Source: Gemmatimonadales bacterium (lineage in GTDB: Bacteria > Gemmatimonadota > Gemmatimonadetes > Gemmatimonadales > GWC2-71-9). From it: a DNA stretch of 64,000 nt. A model generated the notes under the pieces. That model was not told the origin of the DNA. It saw nothing but the letters and a program-made list of their open reading frames with translations, and searched no databases. The stretch covers positions 317-64,316 of the forward strand of contig JBDSIR010000058.1 in the NCBI GenBank assembly GCA_039917855.1, in the 5' to 3' direction. Below are positions 1 through 8,959 of the stretch, piece after piece. The translations under genes and the position numbers were made by a program. The number at the start of each line of letters is the position of its first letter. Positions within the stretch are counted from its first letter, which is position 1.

Positions 1-252
1 AAGGAAGAGCACCGGCATCCCACCGAGGGCGGTCCGGAGGGCGATGCCGAGGGCGAGCGAACTCTTCCCGCTGCCGATGTCGCCGGCCAGCAGGACGAGG
101 TCGCGCCGGCGGAGTCCGCCACCCAGCAGCAGGTCGATCGACGGGTAGCCGGTGGGGATGGTGTCCGGACGCGGCTCGCCGTCGATGGTGGCGTCCACCT
201 GATGGACGACCGTCTCGATGGAGGGTCGGAACCGGCGCGAAGGCTTGGGCAT
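1..252 (-). CDS. RecA-superfamily P-loop ATPase (KaiC/RadA/DnaB-C-terminal-like), N-terminal part; gene continues beyond window start
   Basis: Open to the window edge, so absent from the ORF track. Own translation from ATG (complement of 250-252): MPKPSRRFRPSIETVVHQVDATIDGEPRPDTIPTGYPSIDLLLGGGLRRRDLVLLAGDIGSGKSSLALGIAL. This gives an LDxxLGGG motif followed by Walker A GxxGSGKS. Confidence 0.5.
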   Translation of the reverse strand, partial: MPKPSRRFRPSIETVVHQVDATIDGEPRPDTIPTGYPSIDLLLGGGLRRRDLVLLAGDIGSGKSSLALGIALRTALGGMPVLFL

Positions 253-263
253 CCTCAATTCTA

Positions 264-638
264 CTATCGCGCCGCCCGGGCCGCCCGGGCCGCACCCGCC
301 ACCGCATCGGCCACCTCGGGGCCGAGGGCCTCCCGGGCCGGCGCGGTCAGCTGGTGCAGGGCGGTCGCGGAGGCATCGGGGGTGTCGACATCGAGCTGGG
401 CCAGGGCCGAGACCACCGCCCGTCGCACCGGCGCCGGGAGGGTCAGGGTGGCGAGGCGGTGCCGGAGCGCTTCCAGGTGGCGGGCCCGGAGCTTCGGCGG
501 GATCGCGGGGTCGAGCGAACGGTCCTCCGCCGCGCGGACCACCAGCCAGATGGCATACACGCCCTCACGGCGCGGCCCGCGCGCGGTGCGTCCGAGGAGC
601 TCCACGAGCCGGACCGTTGCGGGGGTCCAGTCGCTCAT
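264..638 (-). CDS. hypothetical protein (124 aa)
   Basis: C-terminal part of track ORF 264..2102, starting MSDWTPATVRLVELLG. Its ATG overlaps the stop of the upstream GT9 gene (ATGA). No motif recognised. Confidence 0.4.
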   Translation of the reverse strand: MSDWTPATVRLVELLGRTARGPRREGVYAIWLVVRAAEDRSLDPAIPPKLRARHLEALRHRLATLTLPAPVRRAVVSALAQLDVDTPDASATALHQLTAPAREALGPEVADAVAGAARAARAAR

Positions 639-1660
639 CGGTGGAGCGCCGCCAGCGCCGCCTCGACCTCCGCCGGCAGGATCTCCCGGAGGCACCTGTG
701 GTGCCGTTCGGGGCAGGTCGGACCCCCGAACGCGCTGCAGGGGCGGCAGTAGAGGTTGCGTTCGAGGATGGTGGCGTTGGCCTGGTAGGGAAAGAAGCCG
801 AACGGCCGGACCGTCGGGCCCATCAACGCCACGATCGGCGCACCGACCGCGGTGGCCATATGCATCACGCCGGTATCGCCCACGGCCAGCGCCTCGGCGC
901 GCTGGAGGAGGGCGCCCGTCTCCTGCAGGGCGAACTCGCCGGCGGAGTTCTCGGCGCGGACGTCGGCACGTGCGGCGCGGGCCGCGGCGACGATCGCGTC
1001 CCCGACCTCCCGCTCGGCCCCGCCGCCGGTGACCACGAGGGCGCGGCCGCCGCGGGCGAGTGCTGCCGCGAGCGCGGTCCAATGCTCGGGGGGCCAGCGT
1101 TTGCTGAAGTGCGCCGCGCCCGGCCCGAGCAGGGTGAAGCGCTGCCCCGTGAGCCCGCGGGTGGCCAGCCAGGCGTCGACCTTGGCGACCGCGGCTGCGC
1201 TGACGAAGAACTCGAGCCCCTGTCCGTCGGGACGGACATCCAGCCCTTCGGCGGCGTCGAAGTATCGCTCCGCCTCGGGGACGGTGTCGTGATACACGTT
1301 CCGCTTGAGGCGGATGAGGATCTCGCGCACCACGCGCCGCTTGGAGTACTCGCGCCACCTTCCCGGGGCGAGGAGGTGGAGGGCACGTGAGCGGAGCGAG
1401 CCGTGCAGGTCGAGGAGGTGGGTGAAGCGACGGTCCCGGAGTTCGCGCGCGAGGGGAAGGAGGGGATCGCCGTCGCGGTAGGTGATCACTTCCGAGAGCC
1501 GGGGACTCTCGCTCACCAGCGGCGCGAACTGCGCCTTGACCAGGAACGCGATGTGCGCCTCGGGGTGGCGGGCGCGGAGCACCCGCACCAGGGCGCTGGT
1601 GAGCAGGATATCGCCCATCGAACTGAAGCGGACGAGCAGGATGCGGGGTGCTGCTTGCAT
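635..1660 (-). CDS. glycosyltransferase family 9 (LPS heptosyltransferase-like)
   Basis: Track ORF 635..1816 trimmed to MQAAPRILLVRFSSMGDILLTSALVRVLRARHPEA. GT9-type N-terminus and C-terminal GDTGVMHMA motif. Confidence 0.8.
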   Translation of the reverse strand: MQAAPRILLVRFSSMGDILLTSALVRVLRARHPEAHIAFLVKAQFAPLVSESPRLSEVITYRDGDPLLPLARELRDRRFTHLLDLHGSLRSRALHLLAPGRWREYSKRRVVREILIRLKRNVYHDTVPEAERYFDAAEGLDVRPDGQGLEFFVSAAAVAKVDAWLATRGLTGQRFTLLGPGAAHFSKRWPPEHWTALAAALARGGRALVVTGGGAEREVGDAIVAAARAARADVRAENSAGEFALQETGALLQRAEALAVGDTGVMHMATAVGAPIVALMGPTVRPFGFFPYQANATILERNLYCRPCSAFGGPTCPERHHRCLREILPAEVEAALAALHR

Positions 1661-1684
1661 TGATGGAATGTAGGAGTGAACTGC

Positions 1685-1809
1685 GGTAAGGGTAACGGCA
1701 ACAGCTGAGGCAAGGGTAAGGGTAAGGGCAAAGAGGCGGGAAGCCCTGAGGGTCACCCTTCGACATTGGGCCTTCGCGCCTCCTTGCCGTTGCCTTTGCC
1801 TTTGCCCTT
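1685..1809. repeat. Oligomer-arm hairpin (hexamer arms AAGGGT/AAGGGC vs TTGCCT/TTGCCG)
   Basis: Left arm 1685-1738, right arm 1777-1809. Fills the divergent region between the GT9 start (1660) and the PorX-like start (1819). The core is homologous, in inverted orientation, to 38849-38969. Confidence 0.8.
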
Positions 1810-1818
1810 CTTTCACGC

Positions 1819-3399
1819 ATGGCCCGACCCAAACGGATTCTCTGGGTGGATGATGAGGTGGACAGCCTCACTTCCCAGATCCTCTTCCTCGAACAGCAGG
1901 GCTTCGAGGTGGAGCGAGCCGCGCACGGCGACGACGCGCTGGTGCTCCTGCAGCGGCTGGACATCGGCGTGGTGCTCCTGGATGAGCAGATGCCGGGCCG
2001 TCGGGGGCTGGAGCTTTTCCGCGAGATCCGCGCCGCCGACCCGTCGATGCCGGTGGTGATGATCACCAAGAGCGAGGAGCCCGACGTCCTCAAGGACGCC
2101 ATCGGCGCCGAGGTGAGCGACTACCTCGTGAAGCCGGTGCATCCGCGGCAGGTGCTCACGGTCGTGACCCGGCTCCTCGAGGGGGACCGGATCCGCCAGC
2201 AGCGGCTCTCGCGGGACTTTGCCACCCGGTTCCGGGACCTGGAGACGCGTCATGGCACGCGGATGCAGTGGCGCGAATGGGTCGAGCTCACCGCGGAGCT
2301 GGCGCAATGGGAAACCCGGCTGGGTGATGCGGACGAACCCGGACTGCAGGCGGCGCTCCGGGGATTGCAGGAGGCGCTCCGGCCCGATTTCGCGGAATAC
2401 ATCGCGCGCGAATACCCGCGCTGGCTGGCGGACGATGCCGCCGGGGCCGACCGTCCGCCGTTGTCGGTGGATATCGGCGCGGAGTTCATCCGCCCGGTGC
2501 TCGAGTCCCACGGCAAGGTGATGCTGGTGGTGGTGGACTGCATGCGTCTCGATCAGTGGGAAGCGCTCCACCCACTGCTCGCCGCGCGGTTCGAGGTCGA
2601 GACGGCGCACTACTTCTCCATCCTTCCGACCGCGACCCCGTACTCGCGGAACGCCATCTTTTCCGGCCTCTTCCCGGCGGAACTGGCGCGGCGCTATCCC
2701 GCCTGGTGGGGGCGTCTCGACGATGAGGGGAGCCTCAATGCGCACGAGGCGGAGCTCTTCGCCGCCCACCTGAAGGAGATCACCGGGCGGGCGGTCCCGA
2801 CCCGGTACGAGAAGGTGTTCTCGGCGCCGGAAGGGGAAGCGCTCCTCAAGCGGCTGCCGTCGCACCTGGCGCAGGACGGCGTCACCGCCCTGGTCTTCAA
2901 CTTCGTCGACCAGCTGGTCCACGGCCGGACCGAGCACTCGACCCTCCTCGAGGTGGCGCGTGACGCCGCCGCGATCCGGCGGCTTACTCGTGCCTGGTTC
3001 GAGCGTTCCGCCCTGCTCCAGGCGCTGAAGGAAGCGGAGCGGCGCGATGTGCCGGTACTCATCACGACCGACCACGGGTCGATCCACTGCTTCACGCCGG
3101 CCACGGTCTTCGCGCGTCAGGACGTCACCGCGAACCTGCGATTCAAGTTCGGCGAAGAGATCCGGGCCGAGGACCCAGAGGCCGCCATCACGGTGAGCGA
3201 CCTGGCGGCGTGGGGGCTGCCGTCGCGCGGCCCCCGCGAGCGGCTCCTCCTGGCCACCGGCGACCGGTTCTTCGTCTACCCCACCAAGCTGCGTGAATAC
3301 CAGGCCCGCTATCGTGGCGCATTCCTGCACGGCGGGGTCACGCCCGAGGAGGTCATCCTGCCGATCGCGCTCCTGACCCCGCGTCGAGGACGGTCATGA
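1819..3399 (+). CDS. PorX-like response regulator: receiver domain fused to PglZ/alkaline-phosphatase-superfamily domain
   Basis: N-terminal REC (RILWVDDE..VLLDEQMPG..YLVKP), then a long domain with VVDCMRLDQW, TPYSRNAIFSG and ITTDHGSIHC. Stop overlaps the next start (ATGA at 3396-3399). Confidence 0.75.
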   Translation: MARPKRILWVDDEVDSLTSQILFLEQQGFEVERAAHGDDALVLLQRLDIGVVLLDEQMPGRRGLELFREIRAADPSMPVVMITKSEEPDVLKDAIGAEVSDYLVKPVHPRQVLTVVTRLLEGDRIRQQRLSRDFATRFRDLETRHGTRMQWREWVELTAELAQWETRLGDADEPGLQAALRGLQEALRPDFAEYIAREYPRWLADDAAGADRPPLSVDIGAEFIRPVLESHGKVMLVVVDCMRLDQWEALHPLLAARFEVETAHYFSILPTATPYSRNAIFSGLFPAELARRYPAWWGRLDDEGSLNAHEAELFAAHLKEITGRAVPTRYEKVFSAPEGEALLKRLPSHLAQDGVTALVFNFVDQLVHGRTEHSTLLEVARDAAAIRRLTRAWFERSALLQALKEAERRDVPVLITTDHGSIHCFTPATVFARQDVTANLRFKFGEEIRAEDPEAAITVSDLAAWGLPSRGPRERLLLATGDRFFVYPTKLREYQARYRGAFLHGGVTPEEVILPIALLTPRRGRS

Positions 3400-5204
3400 G
3401 CGTCTGGCGCCGTTTCATCGCCCAACTGCGCCCCTATCGGGGGCAGTATGCGCTGGCGATAGCGCTCTACTTCGTCGCCTCAGTGCTCGATGGCGCCGTG
3501 ATCGTGCTCATCATCCCGCTCTTCAAGCGTCTGTTCGGCACCGCGGGGGCGCTCTCGGGGGGCCAATCGGGACTGGAGCGATTCACCGAGCGGGTCCTCG
3601 GTCCCGTGCTCGACGGCACCACGCCCGAGCAGGCCGTGCTTCGCGTCTGCGGACTGCTGGTGGCCGCGCTCCTGCTCAAGAACGCCGCGAGCTACGCCGC
3701 CGGACAGCTTTCGGTGGGGGTGCAGGAAGGAGTGGTGCGTGATCTCCGCACCAAGCTCTTCAGCCACCTGATGACCCTCGACCTGCAGCTGTTCCAGAGG
3801 ATGCGGAGCGGCCAGCTGCTCCAGCGGGTGATCACCGACGTGGACCAGGCCAAGTCGGTGGTCAGCGCCACCCTGGCCCGGCTGCTGCAGAATGTCTTCG
3901 AGATCGCGGTGGCCGCGGCGATCCTGATCTCGGCCTCCTGGCGGCTCACCCTGCTGGCCTTCATCGGGGCGCCGCTGCTGATCCTCGGGATGCAGTTCCT
4001 GGTGAAGCGCCTGCGCCGCCACTCGCGCGCCCGTGCCGATGAATGGGGCGAGATCACCTCGCACGTCTCCGAACGGCTCGGCGCGATGAAGCTGATCCGC
4101 AGCTACGGCGCCGAAGAGCAGGAACGCGCCCGCTTCTACGAGCAGGCCACGACCTACCGCAAGCGCGTCATCCGCACCCAGCGGTACTCCACTCTCACCA
4201 GCCCGGTGAGCGAGCTGTTCGGCGGGATGGTGCTGGTCATGATCCTCTGGGGCGGCACCCGCGCGGTGGGCGGCGGCGAGCTCACGCCCCAGACCTTGAT
4301 CGCGTTCCTGATCACCGCGCTCCGAATGATGTCGCCCATCAAGTCGCTGTCGCAATTCCCCGCGAGCGTTGCGGTGGCGCTGGCCAGTGCCGACCGGGTC
4401 TACCAGCTCCTCGACACCCCCAGCACCGAGGTCGACGCGCCGAACGCACGGCCCGCGCGGTTCGAGCGCGATATCGTGTTCGACCATGTCCGGTTCCGCT
4501 ACGGCGAGGACCGGGAGGTACTGCACGACGTGAGCTTCACGATCGGCCGGGGCGAGGTCGTGGCGCTGGTGGGGCCGTCGGGCTCGGGGAAGACCACGCT
4601 GGTCGAGATGCTCCCCCGCTTGCACGACCCGACCGAGGGCGCGGTAAAGCTGGACGGCGTCCCCCTCACCGCCCTCACCCGCCGATCCCTCCGCTCGCTG
4701 ATGGGGATGGTGAGCCAGGATACGGTGCTGCTCAACGATACCGTGCGGAACAACATCACCTTCGGTCATCCCGGCGCCACCGACGCGCAGGTGGAGACCG
4801 CGGCGCGGGCGGCGAACGCTCACGACTTCATCGCGCAACTGCCCGAAGCGTATGGCACGGTCCTCGGCGAGCGGGGGACCCGGCTCTCAGGAGGACAGCG
4901 CCAGCGCATCGCGATCGCGCGTGCGCTGCTGCGCGATCCGCCGATCCTCCTCCTCGACGAGGCGACCAGCGCCCTCGATACTGAATCCGAGCGCCTGGTG
5001 CAGGAGGCGATCGAACGCCTTATGCAGGACCGCACCGCCTTCGTGATCGCTCACCGGCTCGCCACGGTACGCGACGCCGACCGGATCCTGGTGCTGGAGG
5101 AAGGCCGCGTCGTCGAGCAGGGGACCCACGACGAGCTCTATCGCCAAGGCGGGCTCTACCGCAGGCTGTACGACCTCCAGTTCCGCGAGGAGCCCACGGC
5201 GTGA
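3396..5204 (+). CDS. ABC exporter, fused permease/ATPase (MsbA/lipid-exporter-like)
   Basis: Six-TM N-terminal half. Walker A GPSGSGKT, signature LSGGQRQR, Walker B ILLLDEATSALD. Confidence 0.85.
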   Translation: MSVWRRFIAQLRPYRGQYALAIALYFVASVLDGAVIVLIIPLFKRLFGTAGALSGGQSGLERFTERVLGPVLDGTTPEQAVLRVCGLLVAALLLKNAASYAAGQLSVGVQEGVVRDLRTKLFSHLMTLDLQLFQRMRSGQLLQRVITDVDQAKSVVSATLARLLQNVFEIAVAAAILISASWRLTLLAFIGAPLLILGMQFLVKRLRRHSRARADEWGEITSHVSERLGAMKLIRSYGAEEQERARFYEQATTYRKRVIRTQRYSTLTSPVSELFGGMVLVMILWGGTRAVGGGELTPQTLIAFLITALRMMSPIKSLSQFPASVAVALASADRVYQLLDTPSTEVDAPNARPARFERDIVFDHVRFRYGEDREVLHDVSFTIGRGEVVALVGPSGSGKTTLVEMLPRLHDPTEGAVKLDGVPLTALTRRSLRSLMGMVSQDTVLLNDTVRNNITFGHPGATDAQVETAARAANAHDFIAQLPEAYGTVLGERGTRLSGGQRQRIAIARALLRDPPILLLDEATSALDTESERLVQEAIERLMQDRTAFVIAHRLATVRDADRILVLEEGRVVEQGTHDELYRQGGLYRRLYDLQFREEPTA

Positions 5205-6202
5205 GTCCCACACCGCCGTTCGCGGGACGCACTGTCATCCTGTTGAGCCGCTTCGACGAGGCCCACGCCGCCCACGCCGCGCTCAAACGCCGGGCCCTCG
5301 AACGCCTCGGCTGCGCCGTGGCCGTCGTGGAGCACACCCCGAAGGGGTTCCTCGCCCGCATCCGGCCGGGCGATCTCCCGGAGCGGCTCGGCCAGGCGAT
5401 GCGCGATCACCGACCCGACCTGGTGCTGGCGCTCGGCCCCGATCTTCCGGCTCCCGGGATCATCGCCGAGATGCGGCAGATCCATCCGGCGCCCTGGGCC
5501 CTCTGGTGGCCGAGCGACGGGGGGGTCCTCCCGACCTGGGTGGACGTGCAATCGGTGGACCGGACCTGGGTCACCAGCGCGGAGCTGGTGGGCAAGATCC
5601 CCGGCGTCCGCTACCTGCCCCACGCCTGCGATCCCTCGGTGCATCGCGCGCTGCGGCCGCAGGCGGAGTATCGCGCCAATGTGGTCTTCGTCGGTGATGC
5701 GACCCCGCGGCGCGAGGAGATGCTGTCCGAGATCCTGGAGTGCGGCGTGGCGATCTGGGGACCGGGATGGCGGAAGACGAGGCTCAAGGAGTACTGCCGC
5801 GGCGAAGTGAAAAGCAGCGAGGAGTACGTCCGGGCCTACGCCGGCGCGACCGTGGCGCTCAACTTCCATCGCGAGGGGCCGGCCGGCCAAGTCCCGAGTG
5901 CGAGCGGGTGCAACGCGCGCACCTTCGAACTTGCCGCGATGGGGTTGGCCCAGGTGGTCGATGCCCGCGGGGACCTCCCAGCGCTGTTCAGTGTGGGGGA
6001 CGAGGTGCTGACCTTCGACGATGTCGACGATCTCAAGCCGTTGGTGAACGACCTCGTGTCCGACCATACACGCGCTGAGTCCATCGGACTTGCCGCCCGC
6101 CGCCGCGCCATCGGGGAGCATACATATATCCATCGGGTAGGGGTGCTGCTGGAGGAGATGCTCGGAGGTGGGAGTTCGGAGTTCGGAGGGGTGCGGGGAT
6201 AG
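5201..6202 (+). CDS. CgeB-family / DUF3880-like glycosyltransferase-like protein
   Basis: GTG start overlaps the upstream stop (GTGA). C-terminal CNARTFELAAMG..EHTYIHR pattern as in CgeB-like proteins. Paralogous to 8960..9928. Confidence 0.5.
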   Translation: MSPTPPFAGRTVILLSRFDEAHAAHAALKRRALERLGCAVAVVEHTPKGFLARIRPGDLPERLGQAMRDHRPDLVLALGPDLPAPGIIAEMRQIHPAPWALWWPSDGGVLPTWVDVQSVDRTWVTSAELVGKIPGVRYLPHACDPSVHRALRPQAEYRANVVFVGDATPRREEMLSEILECGVAIWGPGWRKTRLKEYCRGEVKSSEEYVRAYAGATVALNFHREGPAGQVPSASGCNARTFELAAMGLAQVVDARGDLPALFSVGDEVLTFDDVDDLKPLVNDLVSDHTRAESIGLAARRRAIGEHTYIHRVGVLLEEMLGGGSSEFGGVRG

Positions 6203-6240
6203 GGAGGAGGGCGATGGGGACGTGGGAACAAGAAGGAACC

Positions 6241-6303
6241 GTCCCGAGCGGAGCGAGGGACCTACCGGCATTGTCCAGTAGGTCCCTCACTAGCGTTCGG
6301 GAC
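6241..6303. repeat. AGCGAGGGAYCTA-family palindrome
   Basis: GTCCCGAGCGGAGCGAGGGACCTAC / CGGCATTGTCCA / GTAGGTCCCTCACTAGCGTTCGGGAC, between convergent genes. Confidence 0.9.
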
Positions 6304-6337
6304 GGCTCCATCTGCGGCCGGCCTGATCCCGGGTCCC

Positions 6338-7282
6338 TCACACGCCCCGCTCCTCTGGCTTCCTCCCCGCCGGCAGTGTCCCCGTCCTCACGAACTCCTG
6401 CAGTACCCGCTCGTATTCCGCGGCCATGACGTGGTGGGTGAAGTACTTCTCGAATCGCGCCCGGCACGCCTCGGGCGCGAGCTTCTCGCATTCCGGCGCT
6501 AGCGCGAGGAGTTCGTCGAGCGTGCCGCCGAGCCGTCCGACCTCGGGGGTTATGATCTCGGGGAGCGCACCCCGACGGGTGCCGAGCACCGGGGTACCGC
6601 TCCCCATCGCCTCGACCAGCGTCATGCCGAATGGTTCATCCCAGAGCGCCGGCATCCAGAGCAGGCGCGCGTCCGCCACCAGCGCGGTCTTCTGCGCGCC
6701 TCCCACCTGGCCCAGATAGCGTATTCGCCGGTCGAGGGAGGGCCGCCACGCCCCCGCGATGCGCAGCTTCCGGTCGAGCCGCTTCGCGCCGGCGATGGCC
6801 CAGTAGTAGCCCTTCACCGCGTGCAGCCGCCCCAGGAAGAGATCGAACGCCTGCTTCGTCGGTCGGAACTCCACCTCGGCGGGATCGACGCCGTTGTGTA
6901 CCCAGCAGTGGCCGCCGTGGCGCCGGGCATGGTCGCCGCTGACGTGGATCGTGTTCACCGGGCCGGTCTCGTTCGGTCGCCGATTGCCGTGCAGCACCTC
7001 CACCCACGGCGCTGATGTGGGTGGGTGGTGCAGCTTCACGTTCGACAGTACAACGTCGGTGCCCGGCGGGAGGTACGGGTCGATCTCGAAAGTGCGCCCC
7101 TTCGCTCCGGGCAGCGGGACGGAGACAAGCGCCGCTTCGGCCACCCGCGACCCGGCACCCGCGAGCAGGGTGATCGTATGTCCTCGGGCGGCAAGGCCAC
7201 GGACCTGATTGACCGCGATCCGTTCCGTGCCGCCGTACCCGGCGACCGGAAGGATCTCGGGCATGAAGATCGCGACGTTCAT
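6338..7282 (-). CDS. glycosyltransferase family 4 (GT-B)
   Basis: Track ORF trimmed to MNVAIFMPEILPVAGYGGTE. C-terminal EPFGMTLVEAMGSGTPVLG motif. Confidence 0.75.
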   Translation of the reverse strand: MNVAIFMPEILPVAGYGGTERIAVNQVRGLAARGHTITLLAGAGSRVAEAALVSVPLPGAKGRTFEIDPYLPPGTDVVLSNVKLHHPPTSAPWVEVLHGNRRPNETGPVNTIHVSGDHARRHGGHCWVHNGVDPAEVEFRPTKQAFDLFLGRLHAVKGYYWAIAGAKRLDRKLRIAGAWRPSLDRRIRYLGQVGGAQKTALVADARLLWMPALWDEPFGMTLVEAMGSGTPVLGTRRGALPEIITPEVGRLGGTLDELLALAPECEKLAPEACRARFEKYFTHHVMAAEYERVLQEFVRTGTLPAGRKPEERGV

Positions 7283-7288
7283 TGGGAC

Positions 7289-7378
7289 AAAGGTAAGCGG
7301 TGAGCGGTAAGCGGTGAGCGGGCCCACCGGAGCGGATCTCGTCCCGTGGGCCCGCTCACCGCTCACCGCTTACCTTTT
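7289..7378. repeat. Oligomer-arm hairpin (heptamer arms GCGGTGA/GCGGTAA)
   Basis: AAAGGTAAGCGGTGAGCGGTAAGCGGTGAGCGGGCCCAC / 18-nt loop / GTGGGCCCGCTCACCGCTCACCGCTTACCTTTT. Occupies 90 of the 99 bp between divergent starts 7282 and 7382. Confidence 0.9.
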
Positions 7379-7381
7379 GGC

Positions 7382-8263
7382 ATGCCCCCTGTCCTCATCT
7401 CCGGATTCACTTTCGTCCGCAACGCCGTGAAGCTCGACTTCCCGGTGGTGGCCAGCATCCGGTCCCTCCTGCCCGTGTGTGACGAGGTGGTCGTCGCGGT
7501 CGGGAAGGGGGAGGACGAGACCCTCGACCTGGTGCGCTCGGTGGGGGATCCCCGCGTGCGGATCATCGAGACCGAGTGGGATCTCTCGCGAGGCCGCTCG
7601 GTCCTGGCCGACCAGACCGACCTCGCGTTGCGCGCGTGCCGCCATCCGTGGGGCATCTACATCCAGGCCGATGAGGTCCTGGCCGACGGCTCCGCCGAAC
7701 AGTTGCGGGAGGCGATCCAGGCCGTTGACGGGGATCCGAGGGTCGAGGGGCTCCTGGTGCGCTATCGACACTTCTATGGCGGCTTCGACCGGGTGGCCAC
7801 CCACCGGCGGATGTACCAACGCGAGGTGCGCGCGGTCCGCACCGACCCCGCGCTCGGCATCCATTCGTTCCGCGACGCGCAAGGATTCCGAGTCGGTCCG
7901 GCGGACCGGAAGATCCGCGCCCGGCTCACTGATGGGGTGATCTTCCACTACGGCTGGGCACGGGCGCCCGGAGCCCTCCCCACCAAACAGGAGGAGCACT
8001 CGGTGATCTTCCAATGGGATGAGAAGACCCGGCGTGAGCGCGAGGGACGGGAACTGCTCCCCTGGCTCCCGGGCCTAGCCCCCTTCGAGGGCCCCCACCC
8101 GGTATCGATCCGCGCCTGGATCGCCGAGCGCGCGACGGCGGCTGCCGACGGGGTCGCGCCTTTCCAGTGGCGGTGGCGCTGGCTGCGCTATTGGGCTTCG
8201 ATGCTGGTGGAGCGCGCCACGGACTGGCGCCCGTTCGAATTCCGCAACTACGAGCGCGTATGA
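7382..8263 (+). CDS. glycosyltransferase, GT-A fold (family 2-like)
   Basis: Track ORF 7346..8263 trimmed to MPPVLISGFTFVRNAVKLDFPV. Weak GT2-like pattern (IQADEVL). Confidence 0.5.
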   Translation: MPPVLISGFTFVRNAVKLDFPVVASIRSLLPVCDEVVVAVGKGEDETLDLVRSVGDPRVRIIETEWDLSRGRSVLADQTDLALRACRHPWGIYIQADEVLADGSAEQLREAIQAVDGDPRVEGLLVRYRHFYGGFDRVATHRRMYQREVRAVRTDPALGIHSFRDAQGFRVGPADRKIRARLTDGVIFHYGWARAPGALPTKQEEHSVIFQWDEKTRREREGRELLPWLPGLAPFEGPHPVSIRAWIAERATAAADGVAPFQWRWRWLRYWASMLVERATDWRPFEFRNYERV

Positions 8264-8877
8264 CCCCCGAAGAACTCGCCGCCGAATACGACCGCCAGTA
8301 CCACGCGACCCGGGTCCGCTATGGTCCGCGGTCGGGTGAGCTCGCTTGGCGACTCAGCCAACTGCTCTGGCGGCAAAAGGCGCTGCTCCGCTGGTTCGAC
8401 TTCCGCGGGCTCGATGTGCTCGACTATGGCTGCATGGATGGCGTCTTCAGCTACGCAATGGCGCGCGCGGGAGCCAAGGTCACCGGGCTCGACGTGAGCC
8501 CCGCCGCGCTGGCGCAGGCGGAGGCATGGCGCAGCGCGAATGATGACGTGCGGTTCACCCAGGTGCTCGACCCCGCGACCCGCTTCGATCGGGTCACCTG
8601 TTGCGAGGTGGTGGAGCACATGCCCGACGACCGGGCCTTCGTCGGCAAGCTGGTCGGCTGGCTCAGGCCGGGCGGGGTGCTGATCGGGACGGTGCCGGTC
8701 GGACGATCGTTCTGGGATCCCGATCACAAACGGCTGTACGACGAACCGATGCTCCGGCTGGCGCTCGAACCGTGGGGCAAAGTGCGGATCCGACGGCTCT
8801 ATCGGAAGGTGTGGCGGAACTGGTTCCCCTGGGTGCAGGACAGCGCGGCGGTGTTCGTGTTCGAAGTGAGGGTCTGA
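8260..8877 (+). CDS. class I SAM-dependent methyltransferase
   Basis: Start ATG overlaps the upstream stop (ATGA). Motif I VLDYGCMDG, later CCEVVEHM and LRPGGVLIG. Confidence 0.75.
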   Translation: MTPEELAAEYDRQYHATRVRYGPRSGELAWRLSQLLWRQKALLRWFDFRGLDVLDYGCMDGVFSYAMARAGAKVTGLDVSPAALAQAEAWRSANDDVRFTQVLDPATRFDRVTCCEVVEHMPDDRAFVGKLVGWLRPGGVLIGTVPVGRSFWDPDHKRLYDEPMLRLALEPWGKVRIRRLYRKVWRNWFPWVQDSAAVFVFEVRV

Positions 8878-8886
8878 ACTGCTGTT

Positions 8887-8945
8887 GAGGGTCGAGAGTG
8901 GAGGGTGCTGCAAGGCGAGATCTCCCCCTGCAGCACCCTCGACCC
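8887..8945. repeat. GC-rich hairpin between convergent genes
   Basis: GGAGGGTGCTGCA (8900-8912) pairs with TGCAGCACCCTC (8929-8940). The outer GAGGGTC/GACCC extension needs a bulge. Confidence 0.7.
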
Positions 8946-8959
8946 TTCACACTCCACCC

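Noticed and set aside
264-2102. Very long ORFs opposite or overlapping confidently assigned genes (e.g. 264..2102, 1813..3330, 3480..4838, 18379..19974, 36896..38683, 41058..42737, 50944..52407, 52077..53564, 55167..56558, and the N-terminal parts of 32516..34612 and 46994..49435)
   Set aside because: These are typical shadow ORFs of GC-rich DNA. Their translations are Arg/Pro/Gly/Ala-rich low-complexity strings without motifs, and each overlaps a gene with clear family signatures in another frame or strand.
1819-3399. PglZ domain as a sign of a BREX/DISARM-type phage-defence system
   Set aside because: The PglZ domain is fused to a receiver domain (PorX architecture), and the neighbours are envelope-biosynthesis genes. 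No BrxC/PglX/PglY-type genes are in the window.
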